A DNA stretch of 64,000 nucleotides from an uncultured cyanobacterium (GCA_963793265.1 CAWBZI010000003.1:1-64000); one strand, 5' to 3'; shown: positions 38,396 to 49,907, counted from the first letter of the stretch. The notes: generated from the letters alone by a model not told the origin. Numbers and translations: made by a program.

Positions 38396-39475
38396 TTAAA
38401 TCAATGCTTTAATCGCGCTGACCATTCGCACATTCTGTTCTGGGGTGCCCACTGTAATTCGCAACTTGTCATCTAGCCCCGGCTGATCGAAATAGCGAAT
38501 CATAATTTGTTTTTCTTTAAGTCCTTTGTATAGAATCTCAGCGTTAGTCGGCGGCTTTGTTAAGAGGAAATTAGCGTGCGATCGCCAAACACAAAAGCCC
38601 ATAGTCCGTAAATCTGTTGCAAGCTGCTCACGCGCCGAGATTATCTTTTGTGCGGTAGAGTCTTTGTATGCCCGATCTAAAATCGCGACTTCACCTAGCC
38701 GTAGCGCCAAAGCATCCACGTTGTAGCTATCTTTAATCTTAAGCAAACCCGATAGCAAACCCGGCTGCGCGCAGCCAAACCCCAATCGCAAACCCGCCAG
38801 TCCATAGCCCTTAGAGAGCGTTCGCAACACAATCACATTCTCGAATTCTCTAACCAGTTCAAGCGATCGCTTATCGGCATCCTTTCCCACAAAATCGACA
38901 TAAGCCTCGTCTACGACCAGCACACCTGATAGACCACTTGCGAGCGATCGCAAATCTTCCATCGCCACCACATGCCCCGTCGGACTATTCGGCGTTGCCA
39001 CAAACGTCACCGCCGCCTGAGCTGCAAGCAATCCTTCTACCGGCAACTGCCACTCATTCTCTACTTTCTCATACGGCACTTCTATCACTTCCGCCGGTTG
39101 AATCGCCGCTAACGTCCGATACAACACATAGGTTGGCATTGGATACGCCAATACTCTCTCTTTCCCGACCGCGCAAGCTCGCACCAGCAGCGTCAGCAAA
39201 TCATCACTGCCATTGCCCGCAATCACCCAGTCAGCCGGGATATCGAATGTCTGTGCGACAACCCGGCAAAAGTCAGTGGCTAGCGGATCGGGATACCGGC
39301 GTAGCAGCTCGCCGTTAAAGTCAGCCATCACGGCTAAAACGTTTGGCGATGGCGGATACGGATTTTCATTAGAGTTCAGCTTCAGTACGCCTGAGTTTAA
39401 AGCAGGCCATTCGCCCGGCTGGTAGCCCTGCATATTGTTGATAGAAGAACGAAACCAGGCTTTGGAAGTTGTCAT
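38396..39475 (-). CDS. hisC: Histidinol-phosphate aminotransferase
   Basis: KLNSNENPY, RYPD, GNGSDD, PNSPTG, VDEAY and RTLSKGYGLAGLRLG motifs. Confidence 0.95.
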   Translation of the reverse strand: MTTSKAWFRSSINNMQGYQPGEWPALNSGVLKLNSNENPYPPSPNVLAVMADFNGELLRRYPDPLATDFCRVVAQTFDIPADWVIAGNGSDDLLTLLVRACAVGKERVLAYPMPTYVLYRTLAAIQPAEVIEVPYEKVENEWQLPVEGLLAAQAAVTFVATPNSPTGHVVAMEDLRSLASGLSGVLVVDEAYVDFVGKDADKRSLELVREFENVIVLRTLSKGYGLAGLRLGFGCAQPGLLSGLLKIKDSYNVDALALRLGEVAILDRAYKDSTAQKIISAREQLATDLRTMGFCVWRSHANFLLTKPPTNAEILYKGLKEKQIMIRYFDQPGLDDKLRITVGTPEQNVRMVSAIKALI

Positions 39476-39511
39476 TACGCAGTGCTTGCAAAGAGCTTCT
39501 AAAGAGGACTT

Positions 39512-40495
39512 CTAAAGAATACGCTTAAGCAAGAGGTACAGGAAAAAGAAAGCGCCTATCCAAACCGTAGCAGGCATCCAAGACTCTTGTTTACGAGCGT
39601 CAGCTTGCGCTTTGAGTCCTATCTTCTGCGTACTCCAAGGGCCGGTATTAGGCAGCTCTTTCATTTTGGCCTCGGCAGCAGCAAACTGTTTTTGCAATAT
39701 CAAATTCTCAGCCTCTTGCACTAATCGCTCAAAGCGCTGTTCAGCGGCATCGGCCTGTAGCAAAATCTCGGTTTGCTTAAGCGTCCAAAAGGGATGCTGG
39801 CGCATAGCTTGAGCCGCTTTGGTTGCGATCGCTAGCTCATACTGCTCCAGCGCTAACTGTGCCCGCTGATACTGACGCTGGTTGTATAACCAATCCTGCT
39901 GCCAGCCATTCATCAAGTCCTGGCTAGATTGGCGCAATGGACTATTTTCAGGCACTGCCTCTACAATTCGTAGCGCTTCTGAAATTTCACCGTTTTCCGA
40001 ATAGTAGTGGTTTCGAGCCACCTCGATAATATTCTGCGACCAATCTCGAATATTCTGTTGAGCCTCAGCTTGTAATGGGCCACCTTGAATTTGACTGGCT
40101 TGAGTGATCGCCTCTCGAAACCGCCCTTGAGCGGCCAACTTTTCGGCATTCACTAGCCATCCTGCTGCCACAGGTGCATAGCATAGGTTATTCAAATGCT
40201 GCACTCGCACATACAGACTATACGAAACCGGCACCTCAGCAAGCACCCGAATGCAGGCCAAATGCCGACCATCAGCCGCTAGCTTTTCGGCGCGGTTGAG
40301 CTTCTGCCAATGCATTTGTTCTAGCTGCTGCTGCTGCTGTTGCTGAAATAGATTAGTACTCTCTTGCCCAGAGGTGTAGGCAGTGTAGGCAGAAAAAATC
40401 AATATCACGATAAATAGAATCGTGAGTGCAAACGACAATATATAAACCCAGGGAGTAGGCGCTTTTTTGCCTGGGCCTGACTGATTAAGAACCAT
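39512..40495 (-). CDS. Hypothetical membrane protein (two TMs flanking a helical repeat region, poly-Gln)
   Basis: N- and C-terminal hydrophobic segments, a Q8 run, and TPR-like A..A..IP..S repeats. Confidence 0.65.
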   Translation of the reverse strand: MVLNQSGPGKKAPTPWVYILSFALTILFIVILIFSAYTAYTSGQESTNLFQQQQQQQLEQMHWQKLNRAEKLAADGRHLACIRVLAEVPVSYSLYVRVQHLNNLCYAPVAAGWLVNAEKLAAQGRFREAITQASQIQGGPLQAEAQQNIRDWSQNIIEVARNHYYSENGEISEALRIVEAVPENSPLRQSSQDLMNGWQQDWLYNQRQYQRAQLALEQYELAIATKAAQAMRQHPFWTLKQTEILLQADAAEQRFERLVQEAENLILQKQFAAAEAKMKELPNTGPWSTQKIGLKAQADARKQESWMPATVWIGAFFFLYLLLKRIL

Positions 40496-40581
40496 GCTGT
40501 AATTCTCCTAAAGGTTAGAAAAATCGAGAAATGACTGCGTTTACATCTGCACTGCTATAGTCTTAGGCAATTGTTGATTAG

Positions 40582-40971
40582 CTAGAGCAAGCAGTGAACT
40601 GGTGTTACAATCAGGGTGTTGCCCTTTTTACCGATCGCGATCGCAAACTGATCGGGCAACAACGCTGTAGAGCGGCTTGTTTTACAAAGCTCAGCTCGCC
40701 AGCTAATGCTATTGGCCCTGACACGCCCGGCGCTCGATATGTGAATGGTGCTAGTAACGCGGCAGAAGAGTCCTTGGTCGAACATTTCAGTTTCAAATTC
40801 TTTGAGTGGCCGTAGAGCCTGAGCAGAATCTGCGCGTTTAGGTTGTTGCATAGTGAGTTGTTCTCTAAATGAAAACAGCTGGTTTAAAAGCTGAAAGCGC
40901 AGGCAAACAAAAGAACATAAGTTCCAAATGTCTGCCTGCGCTTGGTCGCAATCGTCAGGCGATGTATGCAT
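40582..40971 (-). CDS. NfeD-like C-terminal (OB-fold) domain protein
   Basis: GRVRANSISWRAEL...LLPDQFAIAIGKKGNTLIVTP resembles the NfeD GRV...W.A...V.V....G..L.V pattern. No TM; start uncertain. Confidence 0.55.
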   Translation of the reverse strand: MHTSPDDCDQAQADIWNLCSFVCLRFQLLNQLFSFREQLTMQQPKRADSAQALRPLKEFETEMFDQGLFCRVTSTIHISSAGRVRANSISWRAELCKTSRSTALLPDQFAIAIGKKGNTLIVTPVHCLL

Positions 40972-41027
40972 TTGTAGTAAGGCTTTGAAGAAAAACTAAA
41001 GTGAGATAGAGGTGAGGCTTGGCTTGA

Positions 41028-41471
41028 TCAGGTGCGCAGATCTTCAATAATGACGTGTCGCTTAGGCGGCCTATTGCAACCGTATCGTTGCAGCAGGTCG
41101 CGACCAACATGCTCGCTCCAGTGATGAACCGAGGTGACATCTTTAGGCTGAAGATATTCTCGATAAATAGCGCCTACGTGTAGCTGCATAGCAAGCGACC
41201 CCTTTTTAGGTTGAGCCTTAGCCGTGTGAATTAGAAGATCGCCAAACTCACCCTTAGACAAAATACCGACCTGCGCCATGCTCATCATGTTGAGTGCAGG
41301 CGGAAACCACAGTGGCACTGCTTGAGCAGAGGTGATCGCCTCTGACATGGAGTCTTTAAGCAGATTTGATTTTTGATTAAGCGGTTGCGGACTATATATC
41401 AGCACTGCCATAAGGTGCTGTGGATAGTGCCTATATAGCTGTAAGGAATCAAAGCATTGAGAATGAAACAT
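41028..41471 (-). CDS. Hypothetical protein
   Basis: 147-aa ATG-started ORF, co-oriented with the NfeD-like gene and divergent from the 1156-aa gene. Confidence 0.55.
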   Translation of the reverse strand: MFHSQCFDSLQLYRHYPQHLMAVLIYSPQPLNQKSNLLKDSMSEAITSAQAVPLWFPPALNMMSMAQVGILSKGEFGDLLIHTAKAQPKKGSLAMQLHVGAIYREYLQPKDVTSVHHWSEHVGRDLLQRYGCNRPPKRHVIIEDLRT

Positions 41472-41910
41472 TGTGGAGCACCTGGATTAGATCAAGAGGC
41501 TGCAACTGAGGCAACGGCTGTTGTGATCAAGCTGAACTATTTAGATGTTATGCCAAAAATAAAAAAGTGGATCATCTTTAAGCGTATTAAATGCTACATA
41601 CTTAAATATTTTTATATTTTCTGCCAAATCGATAATAGTTTTTGGGTTAAATTCTTAAATTCTATCTAGATTGTTCGTATTTGCGACTTTTTTCGTTTTA
41701 AAAACGTAGAAGTTCTAATAGCTTGTGCGTCTCATACTGTTTTTCAGATTTTTAGTGTACAGTTTGTACATCCACTGAGCGAGCTACACTTAGATGCGAA
41801 ATTTTCGGTGTCTAGAAGCATCTGAAAGGTTCGTATCTTGGGCACACGTTTTAAGGGCAAAAGTTCACCCATTCAACGAGCTATAGACCGCAGTAAGGGA
41901 CGTTAGTGAC

Positions 41911-44900
41911 ATGCGCAAAGACTCTGGTGCTTCAAACCGTAGACAGCGAGATACTGCCGATCAGGCTCGCGATCGCGCACTATATCGATATCTTCTGAAG
42001 CTCACTGACTTAGGGCTATCAGGCAAAGGTAGCCTGCCGAATGAAACTAGCATTGCAAAGCAGTGGGGCGTTGAGGAAAATCGTATTTTTGTGCGGCGGG
42101 TGCTGCGCTCCGTCCTTTTTGATGAGCTGTATGCCGAAAAAGAGAAAAAGCCGTCGTCTATTCCTGGGCTAACGCTCTCTAAGCTGGTGAACATTCTATC
42201 GGCGCTGCAAACCTATCAAGAAAAGCAGCAGGCTCAAGCAGGCAGCGCTGACAGCAAAACGCGGCCCGTTATTAGCCGGGCAGAAAAGCTCAAGGCACTA
42301 CAGCTATTTGCGCAGCTTTCGGCTGAGGAGCGATCGCAAATCGAACTAGCCCCGCACCCAAGCGAAGCCTTGATCGGACAAATTCTCGAAAAAGCAACCA
42401 GCAAAGCCGATCCCTATACCACCGCCGATGCTACTCGCCTCTATCGTTTCTTTTTGCAGCAGCTCAGCGAACCTTCCTCTCGTAGCCTAGCTAATGCCCT
42501 TTCGAGCGCTCAGGAAGGTAGCTCAAAATCAACGGGGCTAAGAGGGCTAATCAAAGCCATGGTGGCCCGTCATATAGAGCAGTACTATCCCAGCCTGCCA
42601 GGGCCTACAAAAGAACGAAAGATCAAGGCGTTTGTTGGTAAAGTACGGCGAGAAATTGATCGCATTGAACTACAGTCGGGTGCGGAACAGGCCCATACGT
42701 TTTTGAGCGATGAGAGTGCTAGCAGCCATCACAACAGTCCAAGCCTACTCAGACTGCTAACGCCCGAGTTTATCCAGCGTCTTACATATTCTGTAATCGA
42801 TAACGAGGTGCTTACCGACGAATTTCCAATTCACATTAAGCACTTCGAAATTGAGCGAGTCAAACCGCTGCCGCTATACATTAAGCGGCACAATAACGAA
42901 AAGAATGGGCTATTAAACGCTTTATTCTTAAAAGATAGCAAAGCGCCGCGCAGCGTTGAAGGGCTCGAACGACAAGTAGCCTATCGAGCGCGCGTGCACT
43001 TTTACATCAAGCTACCCGACGACTACAACATTCAGTTTGAGAATCTGACTATATTTAAAGAGATCTCTGGCCAGCGCCGTTTGGAGTTCTCTGAAGAAGT
43101 CGTTGGCGTCGGCTGCGTCACCTCGCACATTATCGCGGTGATCAACCGGGTACTGCTATGGGATATTCCTTCACTCCGGGACTATCTTCCTATTGCTGAT
43201 GGCACGCATTGTAACGATGAAGTTATTGGGAGCACCCCCAACAGCCCAATGTGGTCGCACTGTGTCGCGAAACTATACAGGCGCGAAGACGTGCGCAAGG
43301 CCATTGAGCAGGGCAAATCCTGCGAGGCCGTCGCCACCACAGCAGAAACGGCCAGCGCCGACTTTTGCGGATTTGATCTGTTGGAAACGGTATCAAAGTC
43401 CGCTTTATTAGCGCGGCTAAGGCTGGTAAAACAAACGCTCGCCCATCATCCTGAAACCAGCACAAGTCAATACGTAGGAGAGCTGTGCGCGCGGGTTGAG
43501 GAGATGAGCGCACTCAAGCGCGCCCAAAGTCTGCTAAGTGGCTACCCGTTTTCGCTCAGGGCGATGGAGGGTGAGCTAGACACCACTATCTTTGCCGGAA
43601 AATACCGAGAGCGCTTGGAAAAGACTGTTTTCAAGCAGCTTTCTCCTAACTGGAGTGTGGTGGCTGTAGAAGCACAGCTTTCTATTGCAGAAGCTAATCT
43701 TAAAGAAGGGTTGTTTCATATCGCGAAAAGATATCTTGATGCGCTGCCAGATTCTTTTCGCAACAAAGAAGAGCATGTTGGTGATTTGCTCATGGCCCGC
43801 TACTGCCTGTGTATGTTTCGATATTACTATCTCAGTGATTTAGCAGATCCCGCCTGTCTGTTCGAAGATCGTCATATGGCTATTCGCAGGGCAGAAGAAG
43901 AGCTAGAAAAAGCAGAAGACTATCTACAAAAGCGGCTAAAGCACTACGAGAAATTAGACGAGCTGACACAGAGCAATCTGAATCCTCAGTTTTATTTCCT
44001 CTCGCGAGTGTACGCGCACAGGGCCAAGCTTCAGATTTTTTTTCCGACCTATATGCCTAAGCTAGACCGGTGGAGCATGTTGCTAGAACCGGTTAAGCTG
44101 CTCGAAAAAGCGCGCATTTATGCTGCTAGAGACGGCGAACCTTCGCTTTATGCCCAGTGGTCAGCTTATCAAAGCTGGTGCTACATTATGCTGGCATACT
44201 TGGCTAAGGCTGAAGATATTAGCAGTAAAAGCTTGAGCTATTCAAGCTGTCTAGACTGGGCGAAGCGACTCATTGAACACGCTGAGATCTGCTACTCACC
44301 GATTGGGAAACAGTGCTATCAACAAATCAAAGACGGGGACGGACGCACCACCGAACACAGTATTGATCCACCGACAGAATCTCAGCATCAGAAGACCCCT
44401 CTCAAAACACAACATATTCTTCGAGATAGGCCAAGGCCAAGGTATTACGAGAAATATGGCAGCACAATGATTCGGGTCATTCCTTTGGTTCAAGAGCTGT
44501 TTCAAAACGAAGGCAAAAAAAAGAATCAGCGCTATCAGTCGGATAGCCACGTCGTTGAAATAGATCTTGATTTACTCAAAATTCCAGGGAAGGACGAGAG
44601 TGGCTCTGTTTATCTTTTTGGGATGCAGTCAGGAATTTTGCTGTTTGCTAAAGGGGTGCTGGCGCTCTGCAAAGATTACGAAGACGATAAGAAACTATTA
44701 GAGGCGATTGACGGACAGGCAATGAGAATGTTCCAGTACTGTTGCGCAATCACTTCCGACGGCACTAGGCGAATCGACAGCAAAGCTGACTGGCCTAACG
44801 GCACTGAGGAAAATTCGACCGTGCTTGATAGAACGCTACCCGACCACAACGCAGAAAACGAAGCGCACAAGGACGACCACACCCAAAAGATAGACGACGA

Positions 44901-45381
44901 TACACATTCGCGCGATCGCCTCCTGCAATACTTCTATCCTCACCGGCTCACTCAATTTGCCGACTTAGGGAAAATATTTATCATTGTGTGTCGGCTCATT
45001 CTGCTCGTCACCCACAGCGCTGCACACGGTTCTGCATATTCACAACAAGCTTTAGAAGAAAAAGGTTTAAAAGAGATTAATTCTTTTTCTGGAAACGAAG
45101 TTAAAAGAATTCGCGCGCTCGTGAAAGAGCTTCGGAGGAACGATAGCTTCCCGTTTGACAAAAATCAAACCTGTGGTCAAAAGAGATACAACGGACAGCT
45201 TGCCAAACACTACAAGCACCTAGATAAATACGTTGAAGTCTTTATTGAAGCCTTTCAAGATCACAGGCTAAAAAAAATGAGCGGGTTCTACTTACGCGAC
45301 CTGCTCGTTACGGACATGTTTAAAATCATTCGAGGGGAGGTGAGCGTCATGCCTGATGTACGCCCTAAGCAGCAGTCCTAA
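41911..45381 (+). CDS. Large hypothetical protein, possible N-terminal HTH and central TPR-like helices
   Basis: 1156-aa ORF; NETSIAKQWGV...RIFVRRVL is HTH-like, followed by helical repeats (IAEANLKEG...AKRYLD, LSRVYAHRAKL, LLEKARIYAAR). Confidence 0.75.
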   Translation: MRKDSGASNRRQRDTADQARDRALYRYLLKLTDLGLSGKGSLPNETSIAKQWGVEENRIFVRRVLRSVLFDELYAEKEKKPSSIPGLTLSKLVNILSALQTYQEKQQAQAGSADSKTRPVISRAEKLKALQLFAQLSAEERSQIELAPHPSEALIGQILEKATSKADPYTTADATRLYRFFLQQLSEPSSRSLANALSSAQEGSSKSTGLRGLIKAMVARHIEQYYPSLPGPTKERKIKAFVGKVRREIDRIELQSGAEQAHTFLSDESASSHHNSPSLLRLLTPEFIQRLTYSVIDNEVLTDEFPIHIKHFEIERVKPLPLYIKRHNNEKNGLLNALFLKDSKAPRSVEGLERQVAYRARVHFYIKLPDDYNIQFENLTIFKEISGQRRLEFSEEVVGVGCVTSHIIAVINRVLLWDIPSLRDYLPIADGTHCNDEVIGSTPNSPMWSHCVAKLYRREDVRKAIEQGKSCEAVATTAETASADFCGFDLLETVSKSALLARLRLVKQTLAHHPETSTSQYVGELCARVEEMSALKRAQSLLSGYPFSLRAMEGELDTTIFAGKYRERLEKTVFKQLSPNWSVVAVEAQLSIAEANLKEGLFHIAKRYLDALPDSFRNKEEHVGDLLMARYCLCMFRYYYLSDLADPACLFEDRHMAIRRAEEELEKAEDYLQKRLKHYEKLDELTQSNLNPQFYFLSRVYAHRAKLQIFFPTYMPKLDRWSMLLEPVKLLEKARIYAARDGEPSLYAQWSAYQSWCYIMLAYLAKAEDISSKSLSYSSCLDWAKRLIEHAEICYSPIGKQCYQQIKDGDGRTTEHSIDPPTESQHQKTPLKTQHILRDRPRPRYYEKYGSTMIRVIPLVQELFQNEGKKKNQRYQSDSHVVEIDLDLLKIPGKDESGSVYLFGMQSGILLFAKGVLALCKDYEDDKKLLEAIDGQAMRMFQYCCAITSDGTRRIDSKADWPNGTEENSTVLDRTLPDHNAENEAHKDDHTQKIDDDTHSRDRLLQYFYPHRLTQFADLGKIFIIVCRLILLVTHSAAHGSAYSQQALEEKGLKEINSFSGNEVKRIRALVKELRRNDSFPFDKNQTCGQKRYNGQLAKHYKHLDKYVEVFIEAFQDHRLKKMSGFYLRDLLVTDMFKIIRGEVSVMPDVRPKQQS

Positions 45382-45605
45382 ACGACGACTTCTTTGACAA
45401 GCGTCTCTAAGCCCTGGTTATATTCAAACAACACTTTGCCATTCAGCCGCTTCTTTAGCGTCTCTAGCTGCTTATAGCCTTCTAATAGCTCCATCCGTTC
45501 TTCGTCTGTGATACTACCAGTAGCCTGTTCGCTGTTCGGGCTGCTCTGACGCCTTACTTGAATAATGGCATCTAGAGCCTCTACTACTAACTGTGGATTA
45601 TCCAT
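45378..45605 (-). CDS. Small hypothetical protein
   Basis: 75-aa ATG ORF converging on the 1156-aa gene, with protein-like composition. Confidence 0.5.
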   Translation of the reverse strand: MDNPQLVVEALDAIIQVRRQSSPNSEQATGSITDEERMELLEGYKQLETLKKRLNGKVLFEYNQGLETLVKEVVV

Positions 45606-45905
45606 GCTTTTTAAGTATTCTCATCAAAATGCTTGAAATGTTCTATTCATGGCGAAACCTTAGCACAGTAGCTACAGCTAGATAATTTCGCGCAGCAGCT
45701 TCACCAGAACTTTATCCGATTGAAAGGCATCGTCGTCGCAAGCGACAGGACACATCTAAGACACGCATATGGCTTATTAACAGGCTTATACAAAGCTGCT
45801 AGCAGTCCCAGAATTACGATGTCTAGGCCCTATCCTACCGTGACAAGATTCATCTGACCATCAGTTTTTATGATTATTGTGATTATATTGATATCACTTT
45901 TCAGC

Positions 45906-47753
45906 TCAATCGATCTCAGTTGTGAAGGGCAATCGCATATAAGTATTATTTGGATCGTTTAGAGACTCTAACAGCGTGAATTCTTCTCGTAGTTTCAAGA
46001 GCTGATCGGTGAGGGGATCTTTGTTCCAGGGCAAGCGGGTCACAAAGCCTGCGGCTGCCTCTACGCCAAAAATGCTGTCTAGTAGCTGCTCTTCAAAAGA
46101 CGGAAGGCGAGGAAACTCACTTACGGTATAGTCTTCGATTTCGGCAGTCTCAGCAGCTAGCGCGATCGCATCTTCCAATCCCCCCAGCTCATCGACTAAA
46201 TTCGCCTTAATCGCATCTTCACCCGACCAAACCCGCCCCTGAGCCACCTGACTCACCCGCGTTTTAGAAATATCTCGCCCCGTTGCGACAATACTCATAA
46301 AGCGGTCATACAGCGTATCTACATAGTCCTGCTGAATCTTCAGCTCAGCTTCGGTCTGCGGCCTAGCCGTCGTTTGCATATCGGCAAACTTAGCCGTTTT
46401 CACCACGTCCCAGGTAATGCCGTTCTCATTGGCAATCTCTTGAAAGTTCAGCAGCAGGCCAAACACGCCAATCGAGCCGGTAATCGTCGTCGGCGAAGCC
46501 AGGATCTTTGCACCCGGCGCAGCAATCATGTAGCCGCCTGAGGCCGCATAGTCGCCCATTGAGATAATTACCGGCTTCTCTTCTGCCAATAGCTGCACCT
46601 CATGCGCGATCATTTCTGAGGCAACGGCGCTACCGCCAGGGCTGTTCACTCTTAGTACAACCGCCTTCGTGTCTTCGTCTCGGCGCATTTTGCGAAGCGT
46701 AGAAGATAAGCCCTCAGAAGTGATAGAGCCGGGCTGGCTGTCTTCGCCCATGACAATGCCGCCCTCTGCATAGACGATGGCGATCGCATCATCACCGCGA
46801 TTAGCGCGATCGCTCTCCATCCGAGTTATTAGAGCATATTCCGCCAGCCCCACCTGCGGAAACACATCCTCGTCTTCATCCGTAAAATCATCGGCCTTAA
46901 TCTCTTCGGTTTCCGTGCCCGTTAGCTCTTTTAGCCCTGCAAGCACATCGTCATAAAACCCAAGCTGATCGACCAGTCCGACTGATAGCGCATCTGCTGA
47001 CTCAATCAGGCCACCTTCATCAGCCAGGGTTTGTAGCTGCTCGGCAGTAATATCGCGATCGCTCGATACCGTCTGCAAAAAATCCGTCCACAGATCCCCA
47101 ATCAAAGCCTCCGTCTGCTGCTTGGCCGCAGGACTACTCTGTGACTGTGTAAACGGCTCAACCGCCGACTTATATTTGCCTACCCGCAACACCTGCACAC
47201 CCACACCGTACTTATCAAGCGCATTGCCCAAAAACTGAGTTTCCGCCCTAAACCCGTTTACCTCCATTAGGCCAACCGGCGCAAGCACAAGGTTATCGGC
47301 CACCGAGGCCACGTAATAGCCGCTCTCATCAAAGCCCGTGTTATACGCCCAAATTGGCTTACCTGATTCCTTAAACTCACTGAGCGCGGCCCGCACTTCC
47401 TTCAGCGTAGCGAGCCCTTCATTCGGTGATCCCTTAAGGTAGATGCCTGAAATCTTGTCATCTTCAGCCGCCGCCTTAATCGCGGCCAAAGCCCCATACA
47501 CCGACACCGACGGCGGCTGCCCGTATACATCAAACAGCGCGCCCGATGAGGGCACTCCATCGACAATATCGGTACTCAAGTCAAACACCAGCACTGACTT
47601 ATCTTCTAGCTCCACCTCCGGCTCCGAGCTTCCTGACGAAAGCAGCACGCCTACTAGGCCAAACGCCCCAATGCCCAGCAGCAGAAGCAGGCTAAACAAG
47701 CCCACCATCGTACCTACCGCGCTCGCAGCCGCAACTTTAAAGAAATCTCGCAT
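45906..47753 (-). CDS. sppA: Signal peptide peptidase SppA (67K type)
   Basis: RVGKYKSAVEPF, LRVNSPGGSA, SMGDYAASGGY, TITGSIGVFG and QGRVWSG motifs. Confidence 0.96.
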   Translation of the reverse strand: MRDFFKVAAASAVGTMVGLFSLLLLLGIGAFGLVGVLLSSGSSEPEVELEDKSVLVFDLSTDIVDGVPSSGALFDVYGQPPSVSVYGALAAIKAAAEDDKISGIYLKGSPNEGLATLKEVRAALSEFKESGKPIWAYNTGFDESGYYVASVADNLVLAPVGLMEVNGFRAETQFLGNALDKYGVGVQVLRVGKYKSAVEPFTQSQSSPAAKQQTEALIGDLWTDFLQTVSSDRDITAEQLQTLADEGGLIESADALSVGLVDQLGFYDDVLAGLKELTGTETEEIKADDFTDEDEDVFPQVGLAEYALITRMESDRANRGDDAIAIVYAEGGIVMGEDSQPGSITSEGLSSTLRKMRRDEDTKAVVLRVNSPGGSAVASEMIAHEVQLLAEEKPVIISMGDYAASGGYMIAAPGAKILASPTTITGSIGVFGLLLNFQEIANENGITWDVVKTAKFADMQTTARPQTEAELKIQQDYVDTLYDRFMSIVATGRDISKTRVSQVAQGRVWSGEDAIKANLVDELGGLEDAIALAAETAEIEDYTVSEFPRLPSFEEQLLDSIFGVEAAAGFVTRLPWNKDPLTDQLLKLREEFTLLESLNDPNNTYMRLPFTTEID

Positions 47754-47901
47754 CGGTTTGTTCTATCCGGCTTGCCCGGCTTGCTCTAGGTGATAAATAG
47801 TGATGGGTGAAAAGGGTGACGAATCAAATGTAATAAGTCTAAGGTAGCGCTATCTACCCAAAGACAGCCGTTACATCCCTCATAATGTTACGAACGAAAT
47901 A

Positions 47902-49023
47902 CTACAGAGCGCGGCGTAGCACATCGCTTTGACGCAACGCGGTCAAATTCTCGCACCCTGTACAAAACAATACAGTCACAATTTCTGCAATCAGTGCTTC
48001 ACATAGCTCCGCTAAGGCCGCTTCCGACTGACTCGCCGCCTGCAAAAAGGGCAATGCCAGGCCAGCCAAATCCGCGCCCAGTGCTAACGATTTGGCAGCA
48101 TCAAGCCCATTACGTAGCCCACCTGAGGCAATCAGAGGCACTTCTTGAGTCCGCGCATCATCAAGCCCGCGAATGCTGGTGATACACTCTGCGGTCGGGA
48201 TGCCCCAGTCTGCAAACGTATTGCCCAGCCGCCTTTGCTTAGCATCTTTAGCCCGCTCGCTTTCTACCCGCGCCCAAGACGTGCCCCCAGCACCCGCTAC
48301 ATCCAGCGCCGATACGCCAATATCCATTAGTCGCCGGGCCATCACCGCCGAGATGCCGTTGCCCACTTCTTTGGCCACAATCGGCACGGGCAAAAGGCCC
48401 ACAAGCTGCTCAATTTTGGCAAATAGCCCCTTAAAGTTGACGTCGCCTTCGGTTTGTACCGCCTCTTGCAGCGGATTTAGATGCAAAATTAGCGCGTCTG
48501 CTTCTATCGCATCTACGGCCTTTTGGCACTGGCTAATGCCGTAGTCGTAGTTGAGCTGTACCGCGCCTAAGTTGGCGAATAGCAGCGCGTCGGGGGCGTG
48601 CTGACGAACTGAGAAGGTGGGAATGAGATCGGGATTTTCGACAGCGACCCGCTGAGAGCCAACGCCCATTGCCAGACCAAAGCGCTGCGCGGTTTTCGCT
48701 AGCCGCTGGTTGATCGTGCGAGCTTGTTCTGTGCCACCTGTCATGGAGGAGATCAGAAGGGGCGTGGCGATCGCCTTGCCTAAAAACGTCGATGAAATAT
48801 CAATCTCAGCGCGGTTCAGCTCGGGCAAACAGGCGTGGGTAAAGCGATACCGCTCTAGGCCGTTGGTAATGCGGTGGCTCTGCACGTCTTCTTCTAAACA
48901 CACGCGCAAATGGTCTGCCTTGCGAATCTGTGTCTCTAGGGCTTGTGCTTCTGGGGCTTGTGTTTCTGAGGCTTGTGTTTCTAATGAGGCGGATGGCGAC
49001 GGGCTCACGGTTCGATTTCTCAC
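47902..49023 (-). CDS. fni: Type 2 isopentenyl-diphosphate delta-isomerase
   Basis: [40 protein letters not shown] and ASGGLRNG motifs; the N-terminus carries 15-bp tandem repeats (E.QA.). Confidence 0.95.
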   Translation of the reverse strand: MRNRTVSPSPSASLETQASETQAPEAQALETQIRKADHLRVCLEEDVQSHRITNGLERYRFTHACLPELNRAEIDISSTFLGKAIATPLLISSMTGGTEQARTINQRLAKTAQRFGLAMGVGSQRVAVENPDLIPTFSVRQHAPDALLFANLGAVQLNYDYGISQCQKAVDAIEADALILHLNPLQEAVQTEGDVNFKGLFAKIEQLVGLLPVPIVAKEVGNGISAVMARRLMDIGVSALDVAGAGGTSWARVESERAKDAKQRRLGNTFADWGIPTAECITSIRGLDDARTQEVPLIASGGLRNGLDAAKSLALGADLAGLALPFLQAASQSEAALAELCEALIAEIVTVLFCTGCENLTALRQSDVLRRAL

Positions 49024-49168
49024 TCAAGACACGTACAAGTAGAGTCCTAACCTACCGCACTCTTATGGCCGGTTTCGGAGCGATCGCACCTAAATAGCAC
49101 ATAACGTAAAGTGAGCGCCTGACTCTCCTCAAAAGCACCTAAGCCCCAAAAACCCCAAGTCCCTAGCC

Positions 49169-49705
49169 TTACGGCTGCGTCAGCTCCACACCGTCCTTAT
49201 CATCCACCGCCTGCACAAACACCTTTACCGTCTCATCGCTCGCGGTCGGCAATTGTTTCCCCACAAAATCGGGGTGAATCGGCACCTGCCGGTGCCCGCG
49301 ATCGATCAGCACCGCCAGGCGAATCGTCGCCGGACGACCGTAGTCATGCACCGCATTCAAAGCCGCTCGCACCGTACGACCGCTGTAAATTACATCGTCT
49401 ACTAGCACCACCGTCTTACCAGCCAAGTCAAACGGGATCTCAGTTTTAGCCGGTGTCCGTACGCCGATCTTATCGAGATCGTCGCGGTAAAACGTAATAT
49501 CTAGCGAACCTGTAGGCACCACGATGTCTTCTAGCCGCTGAATCTGCTCGGTCAAAACTTCTGCTAGGGGCACCCCCCGCGTCCGAATGCCCAATAACAC
49601 CAGATCGCTTAAATCCTCTGTGCGCTCAACGATTTCAGAGGCCAGCCGATTGAGCGTACGACGAATATCTTCGGGAGAAAGGATGCTGACAACTTTTTGA
49701 ACCAT
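49169..49705 (-). CDS. pyrR: PyrR / uracil phosphoribosyltransferase
   Basis: [35 protein letters not shown] and DRGHR.VPI motifs. Confidence 0.96.
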   Translation of the reverse strand: MVQKVVSILSPEDIRRTLNRLASEIVERTEDLSDLVLLGIRTRGVPLAEVLTEQIQRLEDIVVPTGSLDITFYRDDLDKIGVRTPAKTEIPFDLAGKTVVLVDDVIYSGRTVRAALNAVHDYGRPATIRLAVLIDRGHRQVPIHPDFVGKQLPTASDETVKVFVQAVDDKDGVELTQP

Positions 49706-49907
49706 TAGATTTTGTAGAAGCTCGCAAAAGAAGAACAAAGCCGTCGAGTCAAAGCCTTGAAATGAGATGATTAAGATGTGTCTTAAAAGCTATTTTTCAC
49801 TGAGCCCACACACCGTTTTTGGCGGGTAAAGTGGCCTTCGTTAGCTATCTCGCTAAGCACTATCTCGTCACTATCATAAGTAAGATAAGTAAGGTTTAGA
49901 AATTGAA

